Positions 25,203 to 37,484 of a stretch of 64,000 nt of DNA are shown here, piece after piece. Origin of the DNA: Ruditapes philippinarum. Taxonomy: Eukaryota. Where the stretch lies: the NCBI RefSeq assembly GCF_026571515.1, contig NW_026854483.1, forward strand, positions 1 through 64,000, written 5' to 3'. Both the position numbers and the translations under genes were made by a program. The number at the start of each line of letters is the position of its first letter. Positions within the stretch are counted from its first letter, which is position 1. The notes under the pieces are model-generated. The model had not been told where the DNA came from. It did not search any database and worked only from the letters and a program-made list of their open reading frames with translations.

Positions 25203-26141
25203 CTGTATTCCTAGAAATGTTCGCGGATACAATATTTCGCGTTTTTCACGTCGGCATTTTCGCGGAGACAAACTTTCGCGGAAATATAGTAACCGCGAAT
25301 TCCGCGAATGTTAAAATTCTGGAAACAAAGTGATCCCTCGGAAGCATTAATCACAACAAAAGTCGCTACAGCCTAAAATACAGTTTTTGGAGGCTACGTT
25401 TTTTATGCATGACCTTGCCTGTTGGGTGCTTTTAATTATTTTTTTTTGACAAGTCGCGCCTAAAGCGCAACGTTACTCGATACATTTTCATCTATTGACC
25501 AGCCGAACAAGAACGATTGTTCCGTGAACACATTCATATTTCCTTACCTTTTTCATTATGTAATTAAGTAAGATTTAGTCAGACCCGTTAGCTTTTATTC
25601 TCATTGAATCATAACTGACTTTATCTTCAAAATGTCGATACTTATTTTTTAACACATTTTTACACATTATCGTACTGTACATAGCTTTCATTATAACAAC
25701 ATAACAGCTGTTTATCCATGTAGCACTTGATCGCTATTGTACTTTTAACAAAGGATTACACCTACTCCAAGCAAATAAAACCCAAGTCATTCAATATTCG
25801 CAATCTGTAAATGCGTTTGTCAACGTCGTGACTAGCAAATAACGTCAATAAGCATGTTAATTACAAATAATTGTTTTTTGTCTTTTTCAGCGTGCAAACT
25901 AGTATCAATAACATACATAAGTATTTTTTTACACATTTCTATAACACCTGTGTTTATATGTTGTTTTGTGTAAGTAGATTATAATAAATATTCTGCACTT
26001 TTTATGTTATATTTGGTTGAAGCTATAAATGTTCGCGGATTTGTTATAAGTGACATATTCGCGGCTATAAAGATTCGCGGAATCATGCCTACCGCGAAAG
26101 CCGCTAACTTAAAATGCGCGAAATCTTTTCTAGGAATACAG
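25203..26141. mobile_element. Tc1/mariner-superfamily MITE in the PLD3 3' UTR region
   Basis: TA|CTGTATTCCTAGAAA ... TTTCTAGGAATACAG|TA; TTCGCG subterminal repeats at both ends. Confidence 0.8.
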
Positions 26142-26231
26142 TAATAACATCTTTTTATACATGTACATAAAATGATGAATAAAATTCAAATTAAGGGCTG
26201 AATTTATGAATTCTAAGGATGCAAAATTAAT

Positions 26232-26320
26232 TAACACCAAATATACAATTTAATCGAGTGCAACACCAAATATACAATTTATTCGAGTGCAACACCAAAT
26301 ATACAAATTGTTCGAGTGCA
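26232..26320. repeat. 29-bp tandem repeat x3
   Basis: AACACCAAATATACAATTTAATCGAGTGC repeated three times with few substitutions. Confidence 0.85.
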
Positions 26321-27479
26321 ATGAATGAAATAATCATACACAGTTTTCAGACAATTTTGTTTTCACCACAAAATGCCATCTGTCATTTAGTTCATTAATG
26401 AGGATAACTGAGGTTAATTGAGGATAACATGATTGATAACACTGCTTTAGTAGTACAGTATAGAGATAATGATAAAACACGGTATGTTGATATGTCAAGC
26501 ATGAGATGGGATAGAAATTGATGGAACACCAAATTTAGGATTTATTTCAGGACTGAAATTATTACTGATTGCTCAAGAATCCTTCTGTATTATTATTTTT
26601 ATAATACAAATAGCCACTTTATAATTGTATTTTTTAAACATTTTTTCAGACATCTTTTCAGTTTAATGCCTTTTATCATCTTGCATTAGAGTTGATTTTA
26701 TTTACAAGATAATATATCGGCAATGCACTAACACTGAAAGTATTATAGTATTATAAATTGCAAAAAAACAAAAACAGGCTATGTTGAATTGTCAAATAGA
26801 GGACTGTGATATTTATGTTGTGGGACTGAAACATGTTTGTATAACTATACATGTGCAGTATATAATTATACATGTGCAGTAGATGTAATTGCTTACAGCT
26901 GCAATGTAGTTTCATTTTGACACCTTGTAGAACCTAACATGAAACTTGTATGGTGCTATTTTATTATTGTTTTGTACCAAATAATTATCCTCATTTTATT
27001 TATCATACATCACTGCTAATTGCACAGATATAGGGGTACATAATATTTATATTCAACATGATTGTTAAATCTTGCAAGAATTTCTGCACATGAAATTTCT
27101 GTAACAATGAGTTCATATATACTTGTAAATTATTTTCTAACTATGTAAAAATAAGCTCTATAAGGAATTAGAAGTATTTTAATAATGAAATGTTAACATT
27201 AGTTCAGGTATATGAATTTTGCAAACTGTTAAAGAATTGCTTTTTGTTCAATTTCAATACTAATATTAATTATTTGCCTTATGTTGTTGTTTTAATGTAT
27301 AACATCAGGGATGATAGTGTTCAAATACTGATCTCATTTTTTTCTTTCCATCTTGCCCATATGTTTCATTTTATGGTAAAAACATTGTTAATTAATCTTT
27401 TTGTTGTTAGAATTGCAATGTTGCAATATTTTGAGAAAAAAATCCCAGTTTTGTAAATTCATTTTTTGTACATCATTGA

Positions 27480-28125
27480 ACACATATTGTGAAAAATGGC
27501 CATTTTCATTGAAAAGTTCAAACTGCTATGAAACTTAAATGATTCAATACTGATGAAACTTGGCACAAATAATTATAATAATAAAGACTTTATTTAAAGA
27601 GGCAACATAGTTAGGCAAGCCCAGTCTTCCCTATGAGCCTCTATAAATGCTGACTGGATGACATCATCTGTAACAGCATGCTCAATCTTAAATTTTCTGT
27701 TACCATGGCAACGGGGGAACATCTCAAAATTGCCAAAATAACTATTTTGAATTGTTTTTTTCCCATCAAAACTGATTTCAAAGTGCTGCAACTTCTCAAT
27801 GGATTGAGATGGAGTAAAAGGCTTTTCAGTGTTGGTTACACGTTACCTTACGATTAACCTGAGGCCATCTTTAGCCTGTCATATGTCTAATTTTCTTGTC
27901 GATGAAGGGGGCTGCTGCCCCCTTCAAACCCCCAAAACAGAAGGAGGCACATCCCCCTTTTGGCAACCCCCTGATGTACCTTTTTGATAGGGGGCGGCCC
28001 CAACATTTCCCAAACCAAAAAACAGTATTTGGGGCCTAAATAAGGTAATTTTTCACTGTTCTAGGCCTGAGAAAGGGGGGGGGGGTCGAAAAGCTGTAAA
28101 AAACACCTCTATAGGAAGTAAAGGG
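27480..28125. mobile_element. piggyBac-type MITE, diverged/partial copy
   Basis: Collinear with 43849-44460; ends GGG|TTAA. Confidence 0.7.
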
Positions 28126-28158
28126 TTAAGGTTAAGTATGTGTGCTTTGTTGTTATAT

Positions 28159-28487
28159 TTTTAGCTCACCTGTCACAAAGTGACAGGGTGAGCTTTTGTG
28201 ATCGCTTTTCGTCAGGCGCCATCCGGCCGTCCGTCCGTCGTCCGTCCGTAAACTTTTACTTTAAATGACATCTCCTCAGAAACCACTAAGCCAATTTCAT
28301 CCAAACTTCACAGGAATGTTCCTTTGGTGGTCACCTTTAAAAATTGTTCAAAGAATTTAATTTCATGCAGAACTCTGGTTGCCATGGCAACCGAAAGAAA
28401 AAACTTTAAATATCTTCTTTTTAAAAACCCTAAGAGCGGAGGCCTATATACAGGTGAGCGACATCAGGGCCATCATGGCCCTCTTGT
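28159..28487 (-). mobile_element. short HINE-like element (no core array)
   Basis: Reverse complement of both ends of 38657-39679; TGTCACAAAGTGACA hairpin and (GTCC)n microsatellite. Confidence 0.8.
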
Positions 28488-29038
28488 TTTAATTTTGTAA
28501 AAAAAAATTCTAGTAACAATGTGTAGATTAAATCATTTATATAATGTACACAATAATAATCTAAAAAAAGAAATTTGAACATACATATAGACATAGACAT
28601 GTTGTATCATTATTATGCCAATTAGTTATACACCAATGATAATCTTAAATAAGAAATTTACATCAGTCATGGAACAAAATAAGTTAAATTTTGATCAACA
28701 AATTTGTTACTTGTACTAATCTGAATTTGAAAATACATACAGACATGTATCATTATCATTCCAGTAACAGAGATTATTTTGTGTACCAAAATAAACTTTT
28801 ACAGTTGTAGGTTTTGTTTTTATATATGTTAACTTTGCATCCCAACAATAACATGTTGAGTGATAGTTTATACTTTTTATACATGAGGTCAGGGATTGAA
28901 TTCTTGTCCATGTCATATATAAAATATTCTAACACCACCTGCATTTTTTCCTATTACCGAAAGTGTGTGTTATTATGCAATAAAATCAATGTTGACGTTC
29001 TATATTTAGACATGTAACATAATCATTATATTGTTTGG

Positions 29039-29742
29039 TTTTATTAACCTGTCAATTACGTACTGATTACACGGTCGATGCACACAGTATGTTAATCTTC
29101 GGTAGATGTTCGGTAAGTTCCGTGAGATGTACGCTGTACGATAGAATTTAATTTAATTTGTATCTCTAAACTAAGTGTACTCAGCGTTATAGCGCAATAG
29201 GGTAAATCACGAGTTTATGATCTAAGCGCCACACGTGTTTTAAGTTCGAGGCCGCGTTGGTCCATGTTTTTTCTTATTAATACTTTCAACATTATTGAAT
29301 CTATATATGATTATTTATGTTGTTCGTTTTGTTTCATTATGTTTTACTTAATTTTGTTATGTATATACTCTTTTTAAATAACATTTTTTTTTAAGAATTC
29401 ATGTTTAAAATTAAAACGGATTAAAATCAATAAATGTCATTTCAATGCCGTAAAACACACTACAAATCTGTTCTATTAAAATATACTGCAAAAATAAAGA
29501 AAAAGTACTAAAACAATAGCAACAGTCAGGATCGAACCACAGACCTTTCAATTATCAGGCATTCTCTTTACCGACTGTCCTATTGTGAATTAACGAAAAC
29601 CTTCACATTAAGCTGGCGTGACTTTCAATCGATGACTTATATACTCCACATTAATTCTCGTAAACTACACGGACCAAACCGAAGTTGGATCGAATATTTA
29701 AATGAGTCCTATAATGTATTCAAAATTGACAGGTCAATAAAA
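29039..29742. mobile_element. MITE with TIRs and internal tRNA-like promoter boxes
   Basis: TTTTATTAACCTGTCAATT ... AATTGACAGGTCAATAAAA inverted termini. Confidence 0.55.
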
Positions 29743-30806
29743 TCAGACTATATATGTGATGTAACCACTAAAAATGTGACTCACTGAAAATAAGTACGGA
29801 ATCAAAACAGGTGCAATTTAGTTTAATATCAGGTAGGGCAGCATTTATTTGTTAATGTCGTGTTAGAATCCAAATCAGTGATTATATTGCTTGAAAAAAT
29901 CACTGTTTGTCGTTCTGATGCGCATCATTACATCACTTGGGCTACGCCCACGTGATATTATTCCTCGCATTGGAACTCCAAACAGTGATTTTATAGAGCG
30001 ATAAAATCACAGTTTGGGATATATTATTTCTTAATCATTATTAAAATGGTACCAATGTTAAATGATGATACACGTGTAGTAATCTTCCCAAGGCTTTGTT
30101 TCTTGTTACCATTGCAAATATGTTGTGACAAAATTGTAAGAGTTTTCAAGCAAGAAACAATCCAGACAACCAATAGTTTGCTCTTTAGCTATTAACAGAA
30201 TAAATATATTATTATCTCGTCGGTTCTGCTGTGCCTGCTCAATTTTTATGGGTATTTGTAATATAGGGGTTGATGGTTAGATTTTCATGAAAGGTATAAT
30301 TTCACCATGGCAATCTCTGACATTGAGTCTAATGGTCGTTAATTTTTTGTCTCTCACTGATGATCAAGAAGTCATATGGGATTAGTAGTCAGTCACAAGT
30401 TATCCTGGAAAACCGTTAAGCTGAATCAACTGGAGAGTTTTGACCACATTGGTGTAAATACCAGCTGTTGTACTGTATTTCTTCATACAGATTAACTTTA
30501 CCTGTACATAAAAGTCATACTTAACAGTTTGCTCAACCTTATACTATATTTAATGGAATTAAAATGTTATTCTTATGATATATGTATAAGCAAAATAAAG
30601 TTATATAACCAGGTGGTTAACTTAATTGAACTTTAATTATTTACCACTCACAAGTGGGCTTATCCATACCACAAAGTGTCATTGTATATACAAGAAGATT
30701 CAGGAAGGAAGCATGCAGCTTTCAGCTGTTTAGTTGTGCATGAAATAACCTGAAACCTTCCTCCGCTTGTTAAAGCTAGGATGTCTTTATGGTATCATTG
30801 CAACAT

Positions 30807-31280
30807 TTTTATGCCCCCACAAAGTGGAAGCATATAGCGTTGCACTTGTCTGTCCGTCTGTACGTCCTGAAATCTTGTGAACGCAACTCCTCTTAAACCG
30901 GATGGCAGATTTTGCTTAAACTTTCAGGGATGAACAACCTTAATGTGTAGATGGTAGTAAAGGAAGGAATTTTCGCTGCGACCAAATTTAACAGAATTCT
31001 GGCCTTCCACTATATACTATGTAGAAATTTTGTGAACGCAACTCCTATACCGGATGGCAGATTTTGCTTAAACTTCCAGGGATGAACAACCTTAATGTGT
31101 AGATGGTAGTAAAAGAAGGAATTTTTGCTGCGACCAAATTTAACAGAATTATGGCCCTTTGTTGATTTTTAGTTTTCAACTTGTGGCACATGTAGTCCAA
31201 AAAATATTTGACCTAGAGTCATAAGATTGACAGAACAATGGCGTGTGGGGGCATCCGTGTCCTATGGACACATTTCTAGT
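30807..31280 (-). mobile_element. HINE-like element with two ~156-bp repeats
   Basis: Terminus GGGGCATCCGTG..GACACATTTCTAGT is the reverse complement of the 44492 start; GTCY microsatellite and terminal hairpin at the other end. Confidence 0.7.
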
Positions 31281-31329
31281 TTAGTTTTACATATGGGAAT
31301 CAGCGCTTTGAACTAGGGGCCCATATTGC

Positions 31330-32162
31330 ATAGTAGTAATTTTAAGAATTTTGTAAAATTCTGTGTAGAGGTTCATACTGAGGTTTCTACACGGTGGAAA
31401 ATTTTTATTAAAGTCGGAGAAAATGTTACCTCTAGTGTTTGTTGACAAGGTTTTTCAAATTTGGGCTGTGTGACCTAGCTTTTGCAGACAACCCTTACTC
31501 AAACTCAGCTAGAAATCATCAAACAACTTTTCTGACCAATTTCAAAATAATTTAAGCTTAAAATGATAACTCCCGAGTGTGATCAAGGTTTTTCATATTT
31601 GGGCTGTTCCACTTAGTTTTGACCATTCGATCTTGAGCTAGAAATCATAGCATCAACTTTTTAGACCCATTTCCAAGATATTTGAGCTGACATGCTGACA
31701 ACCTCAGAAGTGTTAACAGGTTTTCCCATATTTGGGTTGTAATCTAGTTTTTGACCCCACATGACCAATATTTGAATTTGAGGTAGAAATTACATAAACA
31801 AACTTTCTGACATTTAAATATTTGGGATGAAACATATAAGCCCCTAGAGTGTTAACAAGGTCTTTCCATATTGTGCTTTATGACCCATTAGCAGAGTTAG
31901 AAGGCATCTAAACAACCTTTCGGACACATTTCCACGATATTTGGACTGAAACAGTAGCCACTTGAGTGGTAACAAGATTTTTTTCTATTTTCGGCTCCTG
32001 TTACCTCGTTTTTCATCCAAGATAACCCGTGTTCAAACTCATCTGAGCAATTACTGGGACAAATATCCTGTCCAAGTTCCACAACAATTGAGTGTTAAAG
32101 GACTAAATGTGGACAGATGACGGACTTAAAAGCTCACCTTGAACCAGCTCAGGTGAGCTAAA
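31330..32162 (+). mobile_element. old HINE-like element with decayed core repeats
   Basis: Decayed ~130-bp repeats, GGAC motifs, terminal AGCTCACC..GGTGAGCTAAAA hairpin. Confidence 0.55.
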
Positions 32163-35100
32163 ACATCTACTTTTAGTCTCTTTTATTAACTCAAGCCGAG
32201 TTAAGGCATATAAATAGAACAAAAATAACAAATAAAAGAAAACACTTTTATTGAAACATTCTAAACTATGAAATAGTCAACAAAACTACATAATATAAAC
32301 AAAAAGATAATTCTTAGACTACTGGCATACGTTTGTTAGAAATATTTACAACAGTAATAAACTGGCTAATGCCCTCTGGCTATATACAGTAAAACTTTAA
32401 ACATGTATAAATATCATTACCCAACTATGGTGAAATTTACCTTCTGGCTAGTTAAAAAGTACAAAAACATAATAGCATCAATTGAAACAAATCTTTATTT
32501 GAATGTCTTTGGTAACTTCAGGTTACTTTCAGTTATTCAGCATTGACAAAGTTTATTCAAATAACTGAAAGTCTTTTAAAAACAACCAAGACAAGAATTT
32601 CTTGATCCCAAGTTTTCAATTTAATTAAAAGATCACCTTGATGGAAACTTGTCCAAAAGGTAAGCTAAAATTCTTAAAGTTATAGGTGATTAGTCACTAA
32701 CATGATTAGATTATTCTAAATATTTAAGTCAGAACTTTCATTTTAGAATCAGCACTTAAAATCATTCATCTTTACTGAAAATAAATATTTAAATCATTAT
32801 AACAAAATGGTAATTAATTTATAATATTTTCTTTTTTAGTGCCAAAATCATGTGTTTTTTTTTGTTTGTTTTAATACAAAACAAAAAACTTATCAATCTG
32901 TTCAATGGAACCCACAGTCAATATGACCTACAAATGCAGGTACCCACAATCTGTCCGACTACTGCAGGTTCCCACAATTTATGCTATGGCTGCAGGTACC
33001 CACAGAACATTTCTGTGTTACAAAATGCACAGCATAAAGATTAATTGCAATTAAATTTGAAAATGTATATTGACAACTGTAGTTCATGATAATGTTGTCC
33101 TTAGAACAGATTTATGTAACAGATTGTTCTAGAATTCATAAATTTTAAGTTGTGACTACTGCAATAATGCTTATTGGATTTCAAATACATTTGCTCTTTG
33201 CTTTTAACAACACCATAAACAAACATTGAAATAAGTTAATAAACTGTGACAGAGCTGAAACATGCTTCTGCCACAAGTATATGGCCAGGTCAGCATGCTT
33301 GATCGTACAAGACCATGTCGGCCTACCAACCAAATCAATTTTGTAAAGTAACAAATATGTTTCAAAATGGAAGTTGGAATAGTTTGTTTGCAAAAATTAG
33401 CATTAAAACAAGTAGAGCAAAAATTAATTGAAAAAAGAAAACAGGCTCATAAGAATATTCAGGCATTTTAAAAAAGCCCAGTCCATTACAAGCAGAGTTT
33501 ACAAAAAACAAATTTTACATTTCTTACTTTACTTTTTCTATGACAAACTTTTTTTAATGAAATGGTGCTTTTATATTTTACTGTAAAAAAATAAATCATT
33601 TTGTCTTGCAGACAAACATAAGGAGTTTGTATTAATCAAAATTAATACAAAATAAAAGTGACCTGCCAAAACAATGGCTAAATTACATTCAATTTCTGGA
33701 AATAATACTTTGACACTGCTTTAAGCTGAATTCATTAACAATGCAAGTTCTTTTATACATCTTAAACAATCAACATATTTATTCAATACTATTTATAAAC
33801 AAAGTAACACCTACAAGGGATGTTAAACACATTTTTTTTAAATGTAAATATTTTTTCATGCAAACAGAAGTCAATTGTTGATGTTTTATATGAATTTGGA
33901 GATATTATATCTCAAAATAACATTTGGAGGTTGTTATAACCATGATTTCTATCATTCTATGTGTTGTTTTTTTTCTTTTGTTTCTTTCAAATTAAGATAC
34001 AATAACAGTATCATTACTATCACATTATTCCACAAGAGTTACACTCATGAATTATTTTGTAACAAAATACAATCAAACTGACTAAATGCAACAAATCTCT
34101 TAACATCTTTTTTAAACTTAGATAAAAATCAAATATAAATGAAAATATTACTAATAACAAACAAAAAATGCATCTTTGGCATAAATGTTTAGCTTTTAAC
34201 AATTTTCAAAATAAGTGAAACTAAAAAGCAAAACAAAGAACTTCAAACATATAGAGTTTTTACTTAATTGCAGATTTGTTAAAAATAGCATAGACATAAA
34301 ACTATTAAACTTCACTAAAAAATTGGGAAAATTAAAATAGATGTAAATAAACACATTAAAAACACAGAACACTATCAGTGAAAATATTGATAAAAATATA
34401 CTAAAAGTAACTCAGAATAAAAATTTCTAGACATACAACTGCAGAAACATTTACGATACACCAGAGAAAATAATTAAACTTGATATTCTTTGACACTCCC
34501 AGCTTCACTTTTTTTTAAAGCAAAACATATCCGGTTTAGATTTATAGCAAAAATCCCTGGGTTGAGATGTAGACATCTTAACCACATGGTCACCAATCTC
34601 ATTCTGAATACTAATGACACAGAATATAAACTTTAAACAAGAGGACCATGATGGCCCTATATCGCTCTACAGAGTATAAAGGCTCAAACTAACGGAGGAC
34701 TGACGATATTGCTATTAATGAAAGACAGGAATTATATAAAAATTTAGGTCAACTGAAATTAAACATCAAATCTGAATCTAGAACTTTACATGTTGAAGAA
34801 ATTTCGTACACAAAGCTCTAAATACTAAAAGTAGGTATTTTGGTCAAATTCTAGGTCAACTGATAACAAATTCAAATCTGCACTTCAATGCTGTAGCTCT
34901 AAATACAACAAGTACAAAATTGTGCTATTTCAAAAGATTGAGTTATGGATCTGGACTAATATTGAAAAAAAAAATCAATGCTAGATCTGCATATGCAACA
35001 ATAAATTCATTAAAGAAATAGAATGAAATAACTCCTGAAATACATTAATCTCCATTTCAAAACCAAAACATGCGACAAAAAATCAATACAGGGTATGGTC

Positions 35101-36111
35101 CGTTACAGGTTATATTTTGTACCCATCCAGAAAAAGTAAAATATGACAGTTTTGGCCATAATTTAAGAATTATTATTCTTAAAATGTCACTTTACATTAT
35201 GTGAAGTAATGTTTCGAGATGACCCCCTGATTTCAAGCTAAAAAATATCCCAAGGAGATGGAGCAGTCTTCAAGATTATAATTTACTTTAGCATTGGCTA
35301 CAATAGACATAGCAAGACCTACATAATAATGTAAAAAAAGCTCCAACAAGAGTTTAAACAAGATGTACATGTATACAACAGTAAAAAGTCCCACTGTCAC
35401 ATATATAACATACAAACAAGTGTTAAAAATTCAAAAAATTCGTCAAATAATCTTTTACATTATAAACACGTTAAAAATATCTTGGGTTAAAATCTGAACA
35501 CATTTTCACTAAGAATAATCTTTGTATCAAAAATATAACATTAACAATAAATTTCACAAAATCTTGACAATTGCACATTTTCTATAATAATTTAGTAACA
35601 TATTTGGGTCCGACATATTGTAGTTAACTTTATAATTTAGTATCTTAGAGAAAATGCTTTCAATTGTATAAAAAACAATTCAAAGCAAAATATACTACAC
35701 ATAATTGTTGTGAATGTAACTTTGTTCTTACTTTTTCAGTAATTTTCGTGTTTTTTTTTCCATTTCACTAAATACTATTCAATGTATTTGAAAAAAACTT
35801 TTCTAAATATGAGAATAAAATTGAAATATGTGATTCAATAACATAATACAATGTGTAATCTTTCACAATATTCAAGTATATGATTATTTTATATCAACTC
35901 AATGCCTTGCTCAAGAACATCTTGCAAAGCATCTTGACAGTTCAAGTTCTTTACCATCCATTATTTTGCATCGTATCTGAGCACTTTCATTCAATTCAGC
36001 CCGTACACTGTTTACTAATTGTATTTAAAATGTAACTCATTACAAAACATATCAGACAACACATCACCTCATCTGATCATCTGTTGGAATGATCAAGAAT
36101 TAACTTTTTCA

Positions 36112-36956
36112 TTAGTTGAGATCTCCCCTGGGTCGTGCAGGACAATGGCGCAATGTATGAGCCCCATCTCCTGTTGCTCCACAGATTGGACATGTATACT
36201 TTCTGAGAATTGGGCAAATCACCTTCCCCCATGAATCCTTGACAACATGTGTTGTGTAAAATTCTCTTCGCTCACGGTTTCTCTTGCAGAATGCACAGAA
36301 TTTCCCTTCATCAAGGGAGCGGGAATTACGGTATCCACCATTCTCAGCATAGGAAACACCTGAATTTCCTTGCTGCATCAATTTGTTCAGCAGAAAAGCA
36401 ACATGACTAATAGATTCTGGGTATTCCACATTAAGTCCATTTGAATATCGAGGGTACACTGGAGATGTATTCCTTTCTTCATCATGTGCTTGATCTAAAC
36501 AACTATTTCCCAACATCTCATTAAAGACAGTGTCTACAGAAGCATCACTGCTGCCAAAGAATCCAGTACTAGAATAACTTGAAGAAGTATGCATGTTTCC
36601 ATTCCATACAGTTGATGTGCTCTGTAAACCTCTTGTATCAATGTCATTTGGCTGGTGTGCAATATGGCCTCTTATTTCATCGTTCATATCAATCCATACT
36701 CCATTGTCGCTGCCCCAAATTCCATCACTACTTTTTGAAGCAACAGTTGAAGACTTGTAGTCCCAAACTTTTCCTGTAGTTGACACATTGCCAGTTGCCT
36801 GTGCATTCTGGTCATTCACATCAACATTTTTCCTTTGTGTATTAATGTCAGTAAGAAACGGAGGTGAAGAATTAACAGAATCTCTACGACCTAAAACAGG
36901 CCTGGCACAAAGAAGTTCATCTGAACCTGAATAAGATGTCCACTGCTCTGATGAAT
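36112..36956 (-). CDS. nanos: Nanos RNA-binding protein, coding exon 2 (tandem CCHC zinc fingers)
   Basis: FCAFCKRNRERREFYTTHVVKDSWGKVICPILRKYTCPICGATGDGAHTLRHCP is the Nanos (CCHC)2 domain. The frame stays open upstream of the GTG-started ORF call to a phase-1 acceptor TTTTTTAG at 36957. Confidence 0.95.
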
Positions 36957-37484
36957 CTAAAAAATATCAAATACAGATTTTTTCATTTTATAACTACAGT
37001 CTGAGTCACCTTAAAAGCATATCACTATATGTTTGCTTTGGAAGTCACTGGTAACAATGCTATGAAAATTTACTGTTTGCTATGAAAAGTCAATGGCTGC
37101 TATGAAGTCACTGCATGCTATGAAACTAAGCTTTAGTTGTTGAAGATTTAGAGAAGAATATTTTTAAGTTTTTACTATATAAATGAAAGGAAAATCAATG
37201 TTACCCAGGATGGGGCCAATTTTGACCACTATATTATTTTTTCCCTCATGTTTTCGTATAATAATATCTATCAATTTGTTGTTGCATTGTGATATTGCTA
37301 AATGTTATTCATGTATATTAAAATCGAAAGTTGGATTACTTCTAAAAATATTCTGATTTGATCTGCCAATTCCTTTTTTTTATTGCAATTTTTAACATGT
37401 AAACATGAAAGGACAAAATGCCATGACAAATGCTCAACTCTCCTAATTATGTTGTCAAGATGCAACTTTTAAGGCCAAATAAAA

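Noticed and set aside
26232-26320. CRISPR-like periodic repeats (also 7656-7940 and the 145-175 bp arrays)
   Set aside because: Head-to-tail tandem repeats without unique spacers, no cas genes, eukaryotic context.
32200-36111. CPE / Pumilio elements and exact poly(A) site in the nanos 3' UTR
   Set aside because: Such short U/A-rich motifs are expected by chance at this AT content, and the UTR end cannot be fixed from sequence alone.
36819-36819. ORF-track start of nanos (GTG, 'MNDQ')
   Set aside because: Non-ATG start. The frame continues to a splice acceptor at 36957, and a better ATG exon exists at 61338.
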